A stretch of 64,000 nt of DNA from Octopus sinensis (Eukaryota): NCBI RefSeq assembly GCF_006345805.1, contig NC_043004.1, positions 76,756,001 through 76,820,000 on the forward strand. The letters are read 5' to 3'. Shown one piece after another: positions 38,820 to 48,615 of the stretch. A program made the position numbers and the translations under genes. The notes below the pieces were generated by a model. It did no database searches. It was given only the letters and a program-made list of their open reading frames with translations, and had not been told where the DNA came from. How positions within the stretch are numbered: the stretch's first letter is position 1; each line of letters starts with the position of its first letter.

Positions 38820-38990
38820 TATCGCTGAAGAATCCATCTTGTGATTCCTGCCTGTGACATTCTAATCATATGTCCATAATACTAAAGCTGTGACCTCTCA
38901 ATGCAGAGAAGTAGCAACTTGGCTTGCAGAGACTCTCTGATCACTGAGCTATGCACTCTGTTGAGTAATGTTAGTCCAGAAATTCTTTGG
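38820..38990 (-). mobile_element. RTE LINE C-terminal fragment
   Basis: ISGLTLLNRVHSSVIRESLQAKLLLLCIERSQL*YYGHMIRM matches the RTE pattern G.TL.D..RS..IRE.L....LLLRIERSQLRW.GH..RM. Confidence 0.7.
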
Positions 38991-39225
38991 AAAAAAAACC
39001 TTTTCAGCCAATTGTATATGCAATATTTTTCTATATTTTTTTGTTTTTATTTTAATCAATAGAAGAAACAGGCATAAGGAATACAACAGAATGATGGTAG
39101 CAATAACATGATGCTTTATATACAACTAGGAATTCAGAGAACCAAAAGAGTAATATTAGTAATAAAAGCAAAACAAAGACATAACTCTATGATAAAATAT
39201 TCCATCTATCATCATTTATCTTTCT

Positions 39226-39800
39226 TTTACTTGTTTCAGTCATTAGATTGTGGCCATGCTGGGGCACCACTTTGATGAATCTTAGTCAAACAAATCAACG
39301 CCAGAACTTTTTTTTGAGCCTGGTACTTATTATATTAGTTTCTTTTACTGAACCACTAAGTTATAGGGGCATAAACAAATCAACACTGCTTGACAAGCAG
39401 TGGTGGGGGACAAATACATACACACATGTCGGTGCTGGTACCACATAAAAAGCATCCAGTCCACACTGTAATGGAATACAACAGAATGGAAGGGCATCCA
39501 GCTGTAAAAACCATGCCAAAACAGACATAGTAGCCTTGGGCAGTTTTCTGCCTGGTCAGCTCCTGTCAAACCATTCAACCCATGTCTGCATGGAAAGCGG
39601 ATGTTAAATGATGATGATGATGATATATATATATACAATGAAATTCTTTCAGTTTCTGTTTACTAAATCAACTTACAAGGCTTTGGTCAGCCTTAGGCTA
39701 TAATAGAAGACACCTACCCAAGGTGCTACGCAGTGGGACAGAGCCCAGAACCATGCGGTTGGAAAGCAAGCTTCTTACCAGACAGCCATGCCTGCACTAT
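39226..39800 (-). mobile_element. Full-length family A tRNA-SINE with a nested plus-strand RTE tail (39428-39624)
   Basis: Head at 39640-39800 and 3' part at 39226-39425 are the reverse complement of 41447-41885; the middle carries an RTE tail ending (GAT)n. Confidence 0.85.
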
Positions 39801-40127
39801 ATTAGAGCAAATCTCATTAAAAGATTAACATTGCACTTAAAAGTGGGTTAAGATCGATTAACATTGACAAGAGGCCACAAATTTGGTAAGAAGGCATATT
39901 TGTTAAAACCAATCCCAATATTTAACTGATATTTATTTTATCAACCTTGAGAAAGTGAAGGGCAAAGTTAGTGACATTTGTACTAAGAATATAAAAGGAT
40001 ACAACTAAATACAAAAGGCATTTTGTCTGGTGTTTTACCAATTCTTCCCTACTCTACAAGTCATATGTTGAGATTCCCGACCGCATGGTTGGGAAAGCAC
40101 ACTTCATACTTCACTGTTACACCTCCA

Positions 40128-40171
<44 letters not shown>

Positions 40172-40275
40172 TACATACATATATATGTGTGTGTGTGTGT
40201 GTGTGTTAAATAAAAAGAGACAACAAAACCAAGGCTATGTGGAATTTATAGGACATATATAAAGAGAAAGAGTTT

Positions 40276-40323
40276 GTCTTACGGCTGTTTCTGGGATATT
40301 AGGGATATCCCTTCATCAAAGAC
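40276..40323 (-). ncRNA. Minimal type I hammerhead ribozyme-like motif (core C3 to U variant)
   Basis: Minus strand GTCT-TTGATGA-A-GGGATAT-CCCTA-ATATCCC-A-GAAA-C-AGCC-G-TA-AGAC: 4-bp stem I, 7-bp stem II. Confidence 0.5.
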
Positions 40324-40650
40324 GATATGTGCAAGTTAACTAGAGGGAAATAGTTCAATATAATGAGTTGTATATAAAGAGTTATATATTTTGTTATTAC
40401 AAGTGGACACTATCCACTTGTAATAACAAAATATGACCTCCTATCGGAATCTGCATAACATGGACAAGAAGCATTTCTACCCATTCTACACAGCACTTTC
40501 TTTGGATAACGGAACTGCAACTGTAACATCCTACATATATTTTTATTTTTATTTTCTTATTTCCCTTTATACTTCCTATATCCATCCTTTGCCAAAATAA
40601 CTCCTTATACTGAACTCTACTATTTCCCTCTAGTTAACTCTCTCATATCA

Positions 40651-40696
40651 TCTCTGATGAAGGGATATCCCTAATATCCCAGAAACAGCTGTAAGA
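40651..40696 (+). ncRNA. Minimal type I hammerhead ribozyme-like motif
   Basis: TCT-CTGATGA-A-GGGATAT-CCCTA-ATATCCC-A-GAAA-C-AGCT-G-TA-AGA: intact CUGAUGA and GAAA cores, palindromic stem III (CAGCTG), GUA cleavage triplet at 40691-40693. The base of stem II is an A-A mismatch. Confidence 0.65.
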
Positions 40697-40994
40697 CTTT
40701 CTCTTTATAAATGTCTTATAGATTCCACACGGCCTTGGTTTTGTTGTCCCATTTTATTTAACATAGACATGTTCACACAAGACCCACATTAGACTCCAGC
40801 ACTCGTATTATTATTGAACTGAGAGTCTAACTATGGTCCTCCCATAGCACTTATATAGCCTTACCTGCCATCTTGGGTCTTCTGGATACCAATACCTATC
40901 ATATATATATATATGTATATATATATGTATATGTATATATTTATGTATATATGTATATACACATACACAGATACACATGCACACATACCCACGT

Positions 40995-41342
40995 ATATAA
41001 GAAGTACCAAAGGATGACCTCAGAAGACTGAACCTAATGGAGGGGATGATGAAGGACTGAGATATCTGGTGCCTTGCTATAATCAAGAAGGCCCAGCCTT
41101 CACAGTAGAAGTGTTAATGCCACTCCCTCTGCTGAAGAGAATTGGCCTGCAAGAGCTCTGTGCTGGAGCCACCATGTAAAAAGCACCCAACACACTCTGT
41201 AAAGTGGTTGGCATTAGGAAGGGTCAAATCAGACTGGACTCAGTGCAGTTTGCCTGCTTGCCAGCTCAGGCCAAACCATACACCCCAGGTTAGCATGGAA
41301 AACAGATGTTAAATGATTATGATGGTTATGATGATGATGATT
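40995..41342 (+). mobile_element. RTE LINE 3' end (ORF C-terminus, UTR and (GAT)n tail)
   Basis: KDDLRRLNLMEGMMKD*DIWCLAIIKK followed by the tail consensus and GATGATGAT. Confidence 0.8.
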
Positions 41343-41349
41343 ATATTAT

Positions 41350-41446
41350 GGCAGCACATATTCTAAAATTGGAATGATACACAGAAGATTATCACGGCTC
41401 ATGTGCAAGGACAACACGCAAATTCTTAAAGCGTTCGATATATTTT
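41350..41446 (+). pseudogene. RNU6: U6 snRNA pseudogene (first ~11 nt missing)
   Basis: GGCAGCACATATTCTAAAATTGGAATGATACACAGAAGATTATCACGGCTCATGTGCAAGGACAACACGCAAATTCTTAAAGCGTTCGATATATTTT aligns to U6 with about a dozen substitutions; the ACAGAGA box reads ACACAGA and the AGC triad reads ATC. Confidence 0.92.
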
Positions 41447-41606
41447 CATAGGTGCAGGGGTGGCTGTGTGGTATGTAGCTTGCTTACCAACCACATGGTT
41501 CCGGGTTCAGTCCACTGTAATGCACCATGGACAAGAGTCTTTTGCTATAGCCCTGAGTTGACCAAAGCCTTGTGAATGGATTTGGTAGATGGAAACTGAA
41601 AGAAGC

Positions 41607-41664
<58 letters not shown>

Positions 41665-41885
41665 CATGTATATGTTTGCATGTCTGTGTTTGTCCCCCAC
41701 CATCACTTAACAATCGATGTTGGTGTATTTACATCCGTGTAACTTAGCGGTTCAGCAAAAGAGACTGATAAGATAAGTACTAGGTTTAGAAAGAATAAGT
41801 TCTGGGGTCGATTTGTTCGACTAAAGGCAGTGCTCCAGCATGGCTACAGTCAAATGACTGAAACAAGTAAAAGAATGAAAGAATA
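41447..41885 (+). mobile_element. Full-length family A tRNA-SINE with central (TA)n
   Basis: GGTGCAGGGGTGGCTGTGTGG (A box), GGTTCCGGGTTCAGTCC (B box), CAAAGCCTTGTGAATGGATTTGGTAGATGGAAACTGAAAGAAGCCC, (TA)n, 3' part ending GACTGAAACAAGTAAAAGAATGAAAG. Confidence 0.9.
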
Positions 41886-41904
41886 CATATATATATTCAC
41901 ATAC

Positions 41905-42095
41905 ATTACCATCGTTATCGTTTAACATCCATTTTCCATGCTGGCATGGGTTGGATGGTTTGACTGAGGTCTGAAAAGCCAAGGGACTGCACCAGGCTCC
42001 AATCTGATCTGGCAAGATTCCTACAACTGTATGCACTTCCTAATGCCAATCACTCCAAGACTGTAGTGGGTGCTTTTTATGTGCCACCAGCACAT
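41905..42095 (-). mobile_element. RTE 3'-UTR/tail copy
   Basis: CGTTTAACATCCATTTTCCATGCTGGCATGGGTTGG...CTTCCTAATGCCAATCACTCC...GGTGCTTTTTATGTGCCACCAGCAC. Confidence 0.8.
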
Positions 42096-42546
42096 GCATA
42101 ACTGATTCACATCTTACATCCATTTTCTATGGTTGGGATAATTTATTTCTTGAAACTGTGCTTTATAGAGCAAGTGCATTTTCTTACCAAAAGGTTGCCT
42201 ACTTTTTTTTACTTCAGTGAAGCAAACTAAAACAATAGCTGTAATAAGTTCAGAACTTATGAACATAAAGTCAGTTCATAGATTCTTAACCTTACCACAA
42301 ATATTTCTGACACATATATGTATTTCTAATATCTTGAAAAGTACAATTAAAGATAATAAATCACCTAATAATAAATTAACGATAATATGTTGTTATTAAT
42401 ATTCAAATGATACATGATTAATTTTCCAAATTAAGCTTTTAACTTTGACCTTTTTCCTTTAAATTTATTAAACCAATACACAATAAAAAAATATATCTAA
42501 AAAGAAAGCAAGACATCCACAAAAGGACCTATTGTTAGACAAGCAT

Positions 42547-42900
42547 AATTACCTCTGCCTTAGCGAAGGTAGGGGTATTGTTTTCAGTCATGTTTGTTTG
42601 TTTGTCCATGGACATGATATCTCAAGAACCACTGGATGGATTCAGGTGAAACTTTCAGAGATGTTTAGCCTCGTGACTGGCACAAATTGATTAGATTTTG
42701 GGATTATTTTTTTGGATTATTTTTCCGTTTCTTTTTTTTACTTAATTTTTGAGAGCGGTTGGGTTTATTTTTAGTATTCTCATTTGTGAGAGCAGTTGAG
42801 TTTATTTCAGATATTCTCATTTTAAAAATCATCTCCAGCTAATTGCTGAGAGGACACTGGTGTTGCCTTGGCAGAGGTTTGCACTCTCTGAGTGCTCTTG
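42547..42900 (+). mobile_element. Helentron-type non-autonomous element (HINE/DINE-1-like)
   Basis: SubTIRs ACCTCTGCC (42551-42559) and GGCAGAGGT (42870-42878), (GTTT)n near the 5' end, 3' hairpin GCACTC-TCT-GAGTGC (42881-42895), T-rich ends. Confidence 0.7.
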
Positions 42901-42934
42901 TTCTTATTGTTAATATGTCACTCTGCAATGTAAC

Positions 42935-43135
42935 AAGATGGCAGAATCATTAGCACAATAAACAAAATGCTTAGCAGCAGTTCTTGCAGGTCACTACATT
43001 TATAAGCTGCTGAGGTAGACTTTGCTTTACATCCCTTTGGAGTAGATAAAATAAGTACCAGCTGAGCACAGAGGTTGATGTAATTGACTTACCCCTTCCT
43101 TCAAAGTTTCTGGCCTTGTGCCAAAATTAGAAAGG
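42935..43135 (+). mobile_element. Core-domain tRNA-SINE, family B
   Basis: GGCAGAATCATTAGCAC head, GACTTTGCTTTACATCCCTTTGGAGTAGATAAAATAAGTACCAG core, GGCCTTGTGCCAAAATTAGAAA end. Confidence 0.7.
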
Positions 43136-43309
43136 GCTATACAATAATATTTAAACCAAAGAGCTTAATCTATACGGGTATAAATGAAAGTTAAAACGAG
43201 TGAGAGGAATGAAGAAATAACACCAGGAATGTAACTAAAACGTGTCTAAAGTTTCAGTCTTTGGTGATGCCAAAGTGTTAATAGTTGATCACATGTGGTT
43301 GTGAGATGC

Positions 43310-43444
43310 AAGCTGTGTGGCTGAGAAGTTTGCTTCAGGCATACTGCATGGCAAGTGTCTTCTGTTACAACTTCATGTCAACAAAAGCCTTGTGAGTAGA
43401 TTTAATAGACAGAAACTGAAAGAAGCCCATCGTATGTATGTATG

Positions 43445-43476
<32 letters not shown>

Positions 43477-44095
43477 TGTATTATGTATGTATGTATGTAT
43501 GTATGTATGTATGTATGTAGTATGTATGTATGTGTGTTATGTCAGGTCACTTGCGAGTGCTACTGGTAACATGTAACCCAGTACAACCTGTTGCATGGTC
43601 GGGTCGTTGGCGACTAAATCGGCAACCCCACTAAGCTTGCTTGGTGAGGAGGGTGTTTATTGGACACTTTGTGGGATGAAAAACAAAACCCATCAAAGGG
43701 CGGAGAAACTCTTGAGAGTCAACGGCCATCCAATAAATGTCTTAAGGCTGTATCATGCGCAGGGACATAGAAATAATCAGACTGAATACCTGATCGCGCG
43801 GTTAAACCATTGTGAGTGAAGGACTCCTAGCCTTTGTTAGGGCATCCTTCTAGGAGTGTGTGCATGTTTGTGTCTCCTTGTTTTAACATTGTGTGATAGT
43901 TGTGAATGAGTATTGTGGCCATGTCTGGCCATGAGAAAATATTACCTTGCTTGGAAACAGGTGATTGCTGGCAACAGGAAGGGCATTTGGTCATAGAAAA
44001 TCTGCCTAAATAAACTCCATTCAACCCATGTATGCATGGAGAAGTGAACATTAAAATGATGATGATGATAATGATGATGATGATTACGATGATAA
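43310..44095 (+). mobile_element. Family A SINE head, (TATG)n, inserted CpG-rich segment (43537-43856) and a 3' half with RTE-derived tail
   Basis: Head at 43310-43435, (TATG)n at ~43432-43530; 43860-44095 matches the other SINE 3' halves and ends (GAT)n. Confidence 0.65.
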
Positions 44096-45611
44096 TGAAA
44101 AAAAAAGATTTGTAGTATGTTGAGTAAAAAAGCTTTTGATGAGTTGAGTCTACAAACAATCACAATTCTTCAAATGTAACGTATTCTGTAAACTTGGATT
44201 CATAATGCCTTTAGACAAAGCATGAAGAACAGCTAATTACCCATTAATGTTTACCTCCAGTTGTCTAACAGAACGTATCATTTGCCGCATGGTTGTATTC
44301 ACATTACCTGTTTCAGATAAAGGGAAAGTCTGAGCTCTGTTTTTTATTGACAAAATATGGCCAGTGGTGATGTGCTCTAATGTGTAGCTAATAATTGTTA
44401 TTAAACCTCCTTTAAATTGTTTTAATCTAAAATGCTACTTAAATTTGATGAGAACAAAACATTTACCTTGAAATACTGTTAAAATACTTGTAGCATTAAT
44501 GTTCGTGAGTGAGTTTGTTGTAATGAACAGTATCCTTGCAATTGGTTCTACTCCTGGCCATTAAGTTTTCTGAAAGCATAATAAAAAAAAGTTCATAAAT
44601 AGTCATTAAAATTTAACACCTGGCTTATTGATTTTGTTTTACAGAACATAAAACTGATAGTTTCTTTGTTGATGATGTTATTTAACACCAGATCAACACT
44701 TATCAAAAAGAGCTATAATCAAAAGCATTCCAGCCATGACCATCCCAACTTCACAGATGGTTTATCTTTTTTTTTTATTATCAAAGACTGTATGATTTGA
44801 GAGAGATTTAACAACTATTTCTAGCAGGTTGAGTGACCAAATATAGGCTCTTCATTGACTCATTTCTTTGCTGCTGTTCAGAAATAGCTACAAAATTACA
44901 TAGAAATACTCCACAAGAACAAAGCCCTGGTACTGCTTACTCAGTATTTTTTATAGTTCACAGTTTTATCATGAGTATTTTGTTTGGATATCATTTTCAA
45001 GACAAAAATGAGTTTTAGCTATTTGAGGAACCACATGTAAACTACTTCACAAGCTCAAAAATTATTTTACTGACTCTTTATTTTTAGGCAGTCTTTTATG
45101 GGGTCTCATTCTATATTGCAAAAAGTTTCAAAAAAGATATAAAGGAAAGATAAGTTTGCTTGTCTTTTGTGTTAAACTATGCTCAACTATAATGTTTTAT
45201 ACCACTTTGCACAACTCTTGAGAGATAAGTATTTGTATTGCAAATACCTTTCATTTATTTTAACAGCAGTACAAGCAAGAAAGCAAGTGCACAGAGATCA
45301 AACATCAGTTTCAGATTTTGCAGTTGCCTTTCTCACAAGCAGCAAGAATGAATGCACTGTCAATTGTAACAATATACCTCATGCCATTTTGAACAGCCAC
45401 ATTATTTATGCGAAGGTTGTGTTGATTAATTTATCCCTAACAGAGCTGTAGAGTCTTTTTTTAAAAAGTAGATGGCAGAAATGAAAGGAAACAAGAAACA
45501 AAACCCAATTTTGTCAAAAGGTTCTTTGTAAAACAATTAGTAACTATTCTTTTAATTTCTTTTTCTCACCGCTATTATTTTCTTTTAATGGTGGTATTAA
45601 AAGCAATTTAC

Positions 45612-46095
45612 TTCTCTCTTTACTTTTTTCAGCCACTGGACTGTGGTCATACTGGGGGCTCTACCTTGAAGAGTTTATTCAAACAAATCAACTCAGTTGT
45701 CAAGTGGTGGGGTGGCCAAACACTCACACAAAGACACACCTACACACACCACACACACACACACACACACACGCAAACACACACACACATATATATATAT
45801 ATGGTTCAAAATTGTACAAAAAAGAAACAAAAGACAAAGATAGGTGAGGAAACAACAAACAAGGTGTATTAGTTTGATGCACAGGAAAAATGGAAAAGTT
45901 TTTGACATTTCAAGCCTATGCTCTTCTACAGAAAGGAATAAGGAGAGAAGCAGATGGAGAGAGGAAAGAAAACGATATATACAAGGCAGGCTTCCACACA
46001 GTTTCCACTTACAAAATATGCTCACAAGGCCTTGGTTGACTCAAGGCTTTAGTAGAAGACACTTGCCCAAAGTGCTTGTGAGCCACACCGGTACT
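45612..46095 (-). mobile_element. Family A SINE pieces (3' part 45612-45740, head 46000-46095)
   Basis: TTTACTTTTTTCAGCCACTGGACTGTGGTCATACTGGGG and CAAGGCCTTGGTTGACTCAAGGCTTTAGTAGAAGACACTTGCCCAAAG match the family A reverse complement. Confidence 0.6.
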
Positions 46096-46474
46096 TAACA
46101 TGAAATAATAGAAAACATTTTAACCATTCAACTGGAAGAAAATAATTTAGGTGTTAGTGTGTAGTAAAAAAGGAAGGAAATGCCCTGAGTACAAGGTAAG
46201 CAGTTGCATTGAAGGAGGTGTAACGAAAGAGGAAAGTCACAGTTTGGACAAAGTGAAGCTTCTGCTTCTGATAATTCAGTATGAGTGTGTGCAGCAGTGA
46301 TGGTGGTAGGAAGCATGTATGTTGTTATGTGTGTATGGCTGAGAGGCTCATAATTCTAGTGGTCTGAGTTTTAGATTTCCAATTACTCAGCTGGGACTTC
46401 AAGCCTGTTTTCTCTTGAATTAGTCATTGTTTGAATATATTTTGAAATATCATTTAAAAGTTACAAAGGAAACA

Positions 46475-46507
<33 letters not shown>

Positions 46508-46508
<1 letters not shown>

Positions 46509-47120
46509 ATCATCATCGTCATCATCATCATCACCATCATTTAACATCCGCTTTCCATGCTGGCATGGGTTGGACGGTTTAACTGAAAACTGGTAAGCTG
46601 CACCAAGTTTTGGTCTGATTTGGCAAGGTTTCTACAACTGGATGCTCTTCCTAACACCAACCACACTGAGAGTGTAGTGGATGTGTTTTATGTGCCACTG
46701 GCACAGGTGCCATTGACCTGACACTAGCATTGCCCATAACTATGGTCTCATTTGGCTTGATAGGTCTACACAAGCACAGTATATCGCCAAAGGTCTCAGT
46801 CACCTGTCACTGACTCTATGAGGCCTAATGTGGGAATGGTGCTTTTTATGTGCCACAGGCACAAGTGCCAGTCAGATGGCACTGGCGTCAGCCATAACTA
46901 CAATTTCACTTGGTTCAACAGGTTCAAGCACAGTATATCACCCAACGATTGAAGGGTGTTTTTAACAGGCCAGTTATGTGACACTGGCATCAGCCATGAC
47001 TACAATCTCACTTGGCTTGATGTCAATGCCTCCATGAAGCCCAATGCTTGAATGGTGCTTTTTATGTGCCACTGGCATTAGTGCCAGTCTGATGGCACTG
47101 GCATCCGCCACAACTACACG
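46508..47120 (-). mobile_element. RTE 3'-UTR copy with tandemly repeated internal modules
   Basis: Tail at 46508-46680, then three to four diverged units GGTGCTTTTTATGTGCCACTGGCAC..GTGCCAGTC...GGCACTGGC.TCAGCCATAACTACAAT.TCACTTGG. Confidence 0.8.
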
Positions 47121-47885
47121 ACCACACTGTTGAACAGATAATTTTTACAGATATTCCATTAAGATTTTCAAGTTTCTAGATCTATTTATTTAAAATGTAC
47201 AATGGAAACTATACAATTTCATCTTCCTGCATTTATTTTTGTCTTTGAATGTAAATGGCTTTTGGTTCTGCCAGGAACTATCTGACATAAAGTTTAGTAT
47301 GATGATCTGTGGTGTCTTTTGAGGCTGTCCTAATTCAAAGGACAAAACCAACTTTGAAAAAGATAAACAAGCAACCAACAAAATACAGCAATTGAGCATT
47401 TATAATGGCAACACCTTGAAGGCATAAATTTGACATCTGTTGGTCTCACAGAATTTGTGTGTCATGATGTTTCCACCAGAAACACAGGTTAATGTATATT
47501 CAGATAAGGAATATGAAGACAAAGATATGACTTAAAATAAGTCTTGATAAAAAACGTTAAACACAGAATACGTAGACATTTCAGATAATTTTTTTATATA
47601 GTTCTAGTCACATATTAAGAGAACTTTATCTGTAAAATTGAACAACTCAATAGAATTGTATTTTCTTTTAAATTAGTTATAGCAATGTTTTCAATAACAC
47701 ATTTGAAAAGGAAGTTCTTTCTCATTTATACAAATATGTATGTACGTGTATGTTTTGTGTGGGGGGGTGTATGTGTGCACTTGTGTACATGTGTATGTGT
47801 GTGCATGTATGTTGCGTATGTGCATGTATGTTGTGTGTATGTGTGCACTTGTGTATGGAAATAGCAATCATGACACCTACAGCCA

Positions 47886-48175
47886 TTAACCCTTTAGCTT
47901 TCAGATTTCTTAGTCAAATGTTTTGCTTATTTATTCACATTGTTTTGAATTAATCATGCCTTGTCTCATAGCTTCAAGATCTCAACAATGTCATCATCAT
48001 CATCATTTAACATCTGTTGTCCATGCTGGCATAGGTTAGATGGTTTGATCAGGGTTGTGTTTATTTTTAGAATGACATTGCAGTGTAGGTATGAGAGGTT
48101 GGATCTGGTCAGTTCTAGCATAAAACACATAGAATATTTGGGCCAGTTATGGCCGGTTTAAATGCTAAAGGTTAA
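47886..48175. mobile_element. piggyBac-like MITE with a nested RTE tail fragment (47994-48050)
   Basis: TTAA-CCCTTTAGC...GCTAAAGG-TTAA termini. Confidence 0.75.
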
Positions 48176-48209
48176 ACTCAAAAGGACAATACTGAAGTCT
48201 TCTTTATCA

Positions 48210-48432
48210 TGTTGCTGTAGCTACTTAACTCCAGGTCAGGCCTGACTGATCAAAACATGATCAAAGACATTCTAGCCTTAACTATCTCATCCTTTTTTTC
48301 CTTTCCAGATATATTGTATCTAGCCCTATATCATTCCATCTTCCCTTCTTTTCTGAAAACTGTAGGGTGGGATTTGAAGGAAACTTGGTTGCTGTTTCCA
48401 ACAGATCAAGGACAATATAAAGGCTTCCATGT
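48210..48432. repeat. Unclassified ~200-260 bp dispersed repeat, family E (other copies 4505-4612, 21715-21918, 44667-44858, 50224-50489, 53032-53232, 61784-61975)
   Basis: Shared blocks (TTG)n-TTTAAC.CCAG.TCA, ATCAAA.GCATTCCAGCCATGACCATCCC and GATTTGA.GGA.ATTTG..TG.TATTTCTAGCAG; present in both orientations. Confidence 0.7.
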
Positions 48433-48559
48433 TAGCTTGTGGTATTCATCAAAGGTAAATGAACTTGAAAGAGCTTAGCACTCAGTGGTACTAGAAGCTA
48501 CGGAAACACTCTCTAATTCTATCATTATACAGAAGATATCAGAGAATGAAATTACTTAC

Positions 48560-48615
48560 TGTTACAAGCAGGTTCCAGGTATAAGTCATTCTATCCTTCA
48601 TACCTACTGATAACT
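48560..48615 (-). CDS. Candidate 56-nt exon LSVGMKDRMTYTWNLLVT
   Basis: Acceptor CTCTGTTTCCAG, donor ACA|GTAAGT, one open frame. No homology recognised. Confidence 0.2.

Larger units (their letters stand above)
40204..40763. mobile_element. Fold-back element with ~165-bp inverted arms, probably inverted Penelope pseudo-LTRs
   Basis: 40204-40369 is the reverse complement of 40599-40763 with scattered substitutions and indels; each arm holds a hammerhead-like motif; perfect 22-bp hairpin at 40386-40434. Confidence 0.75.
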
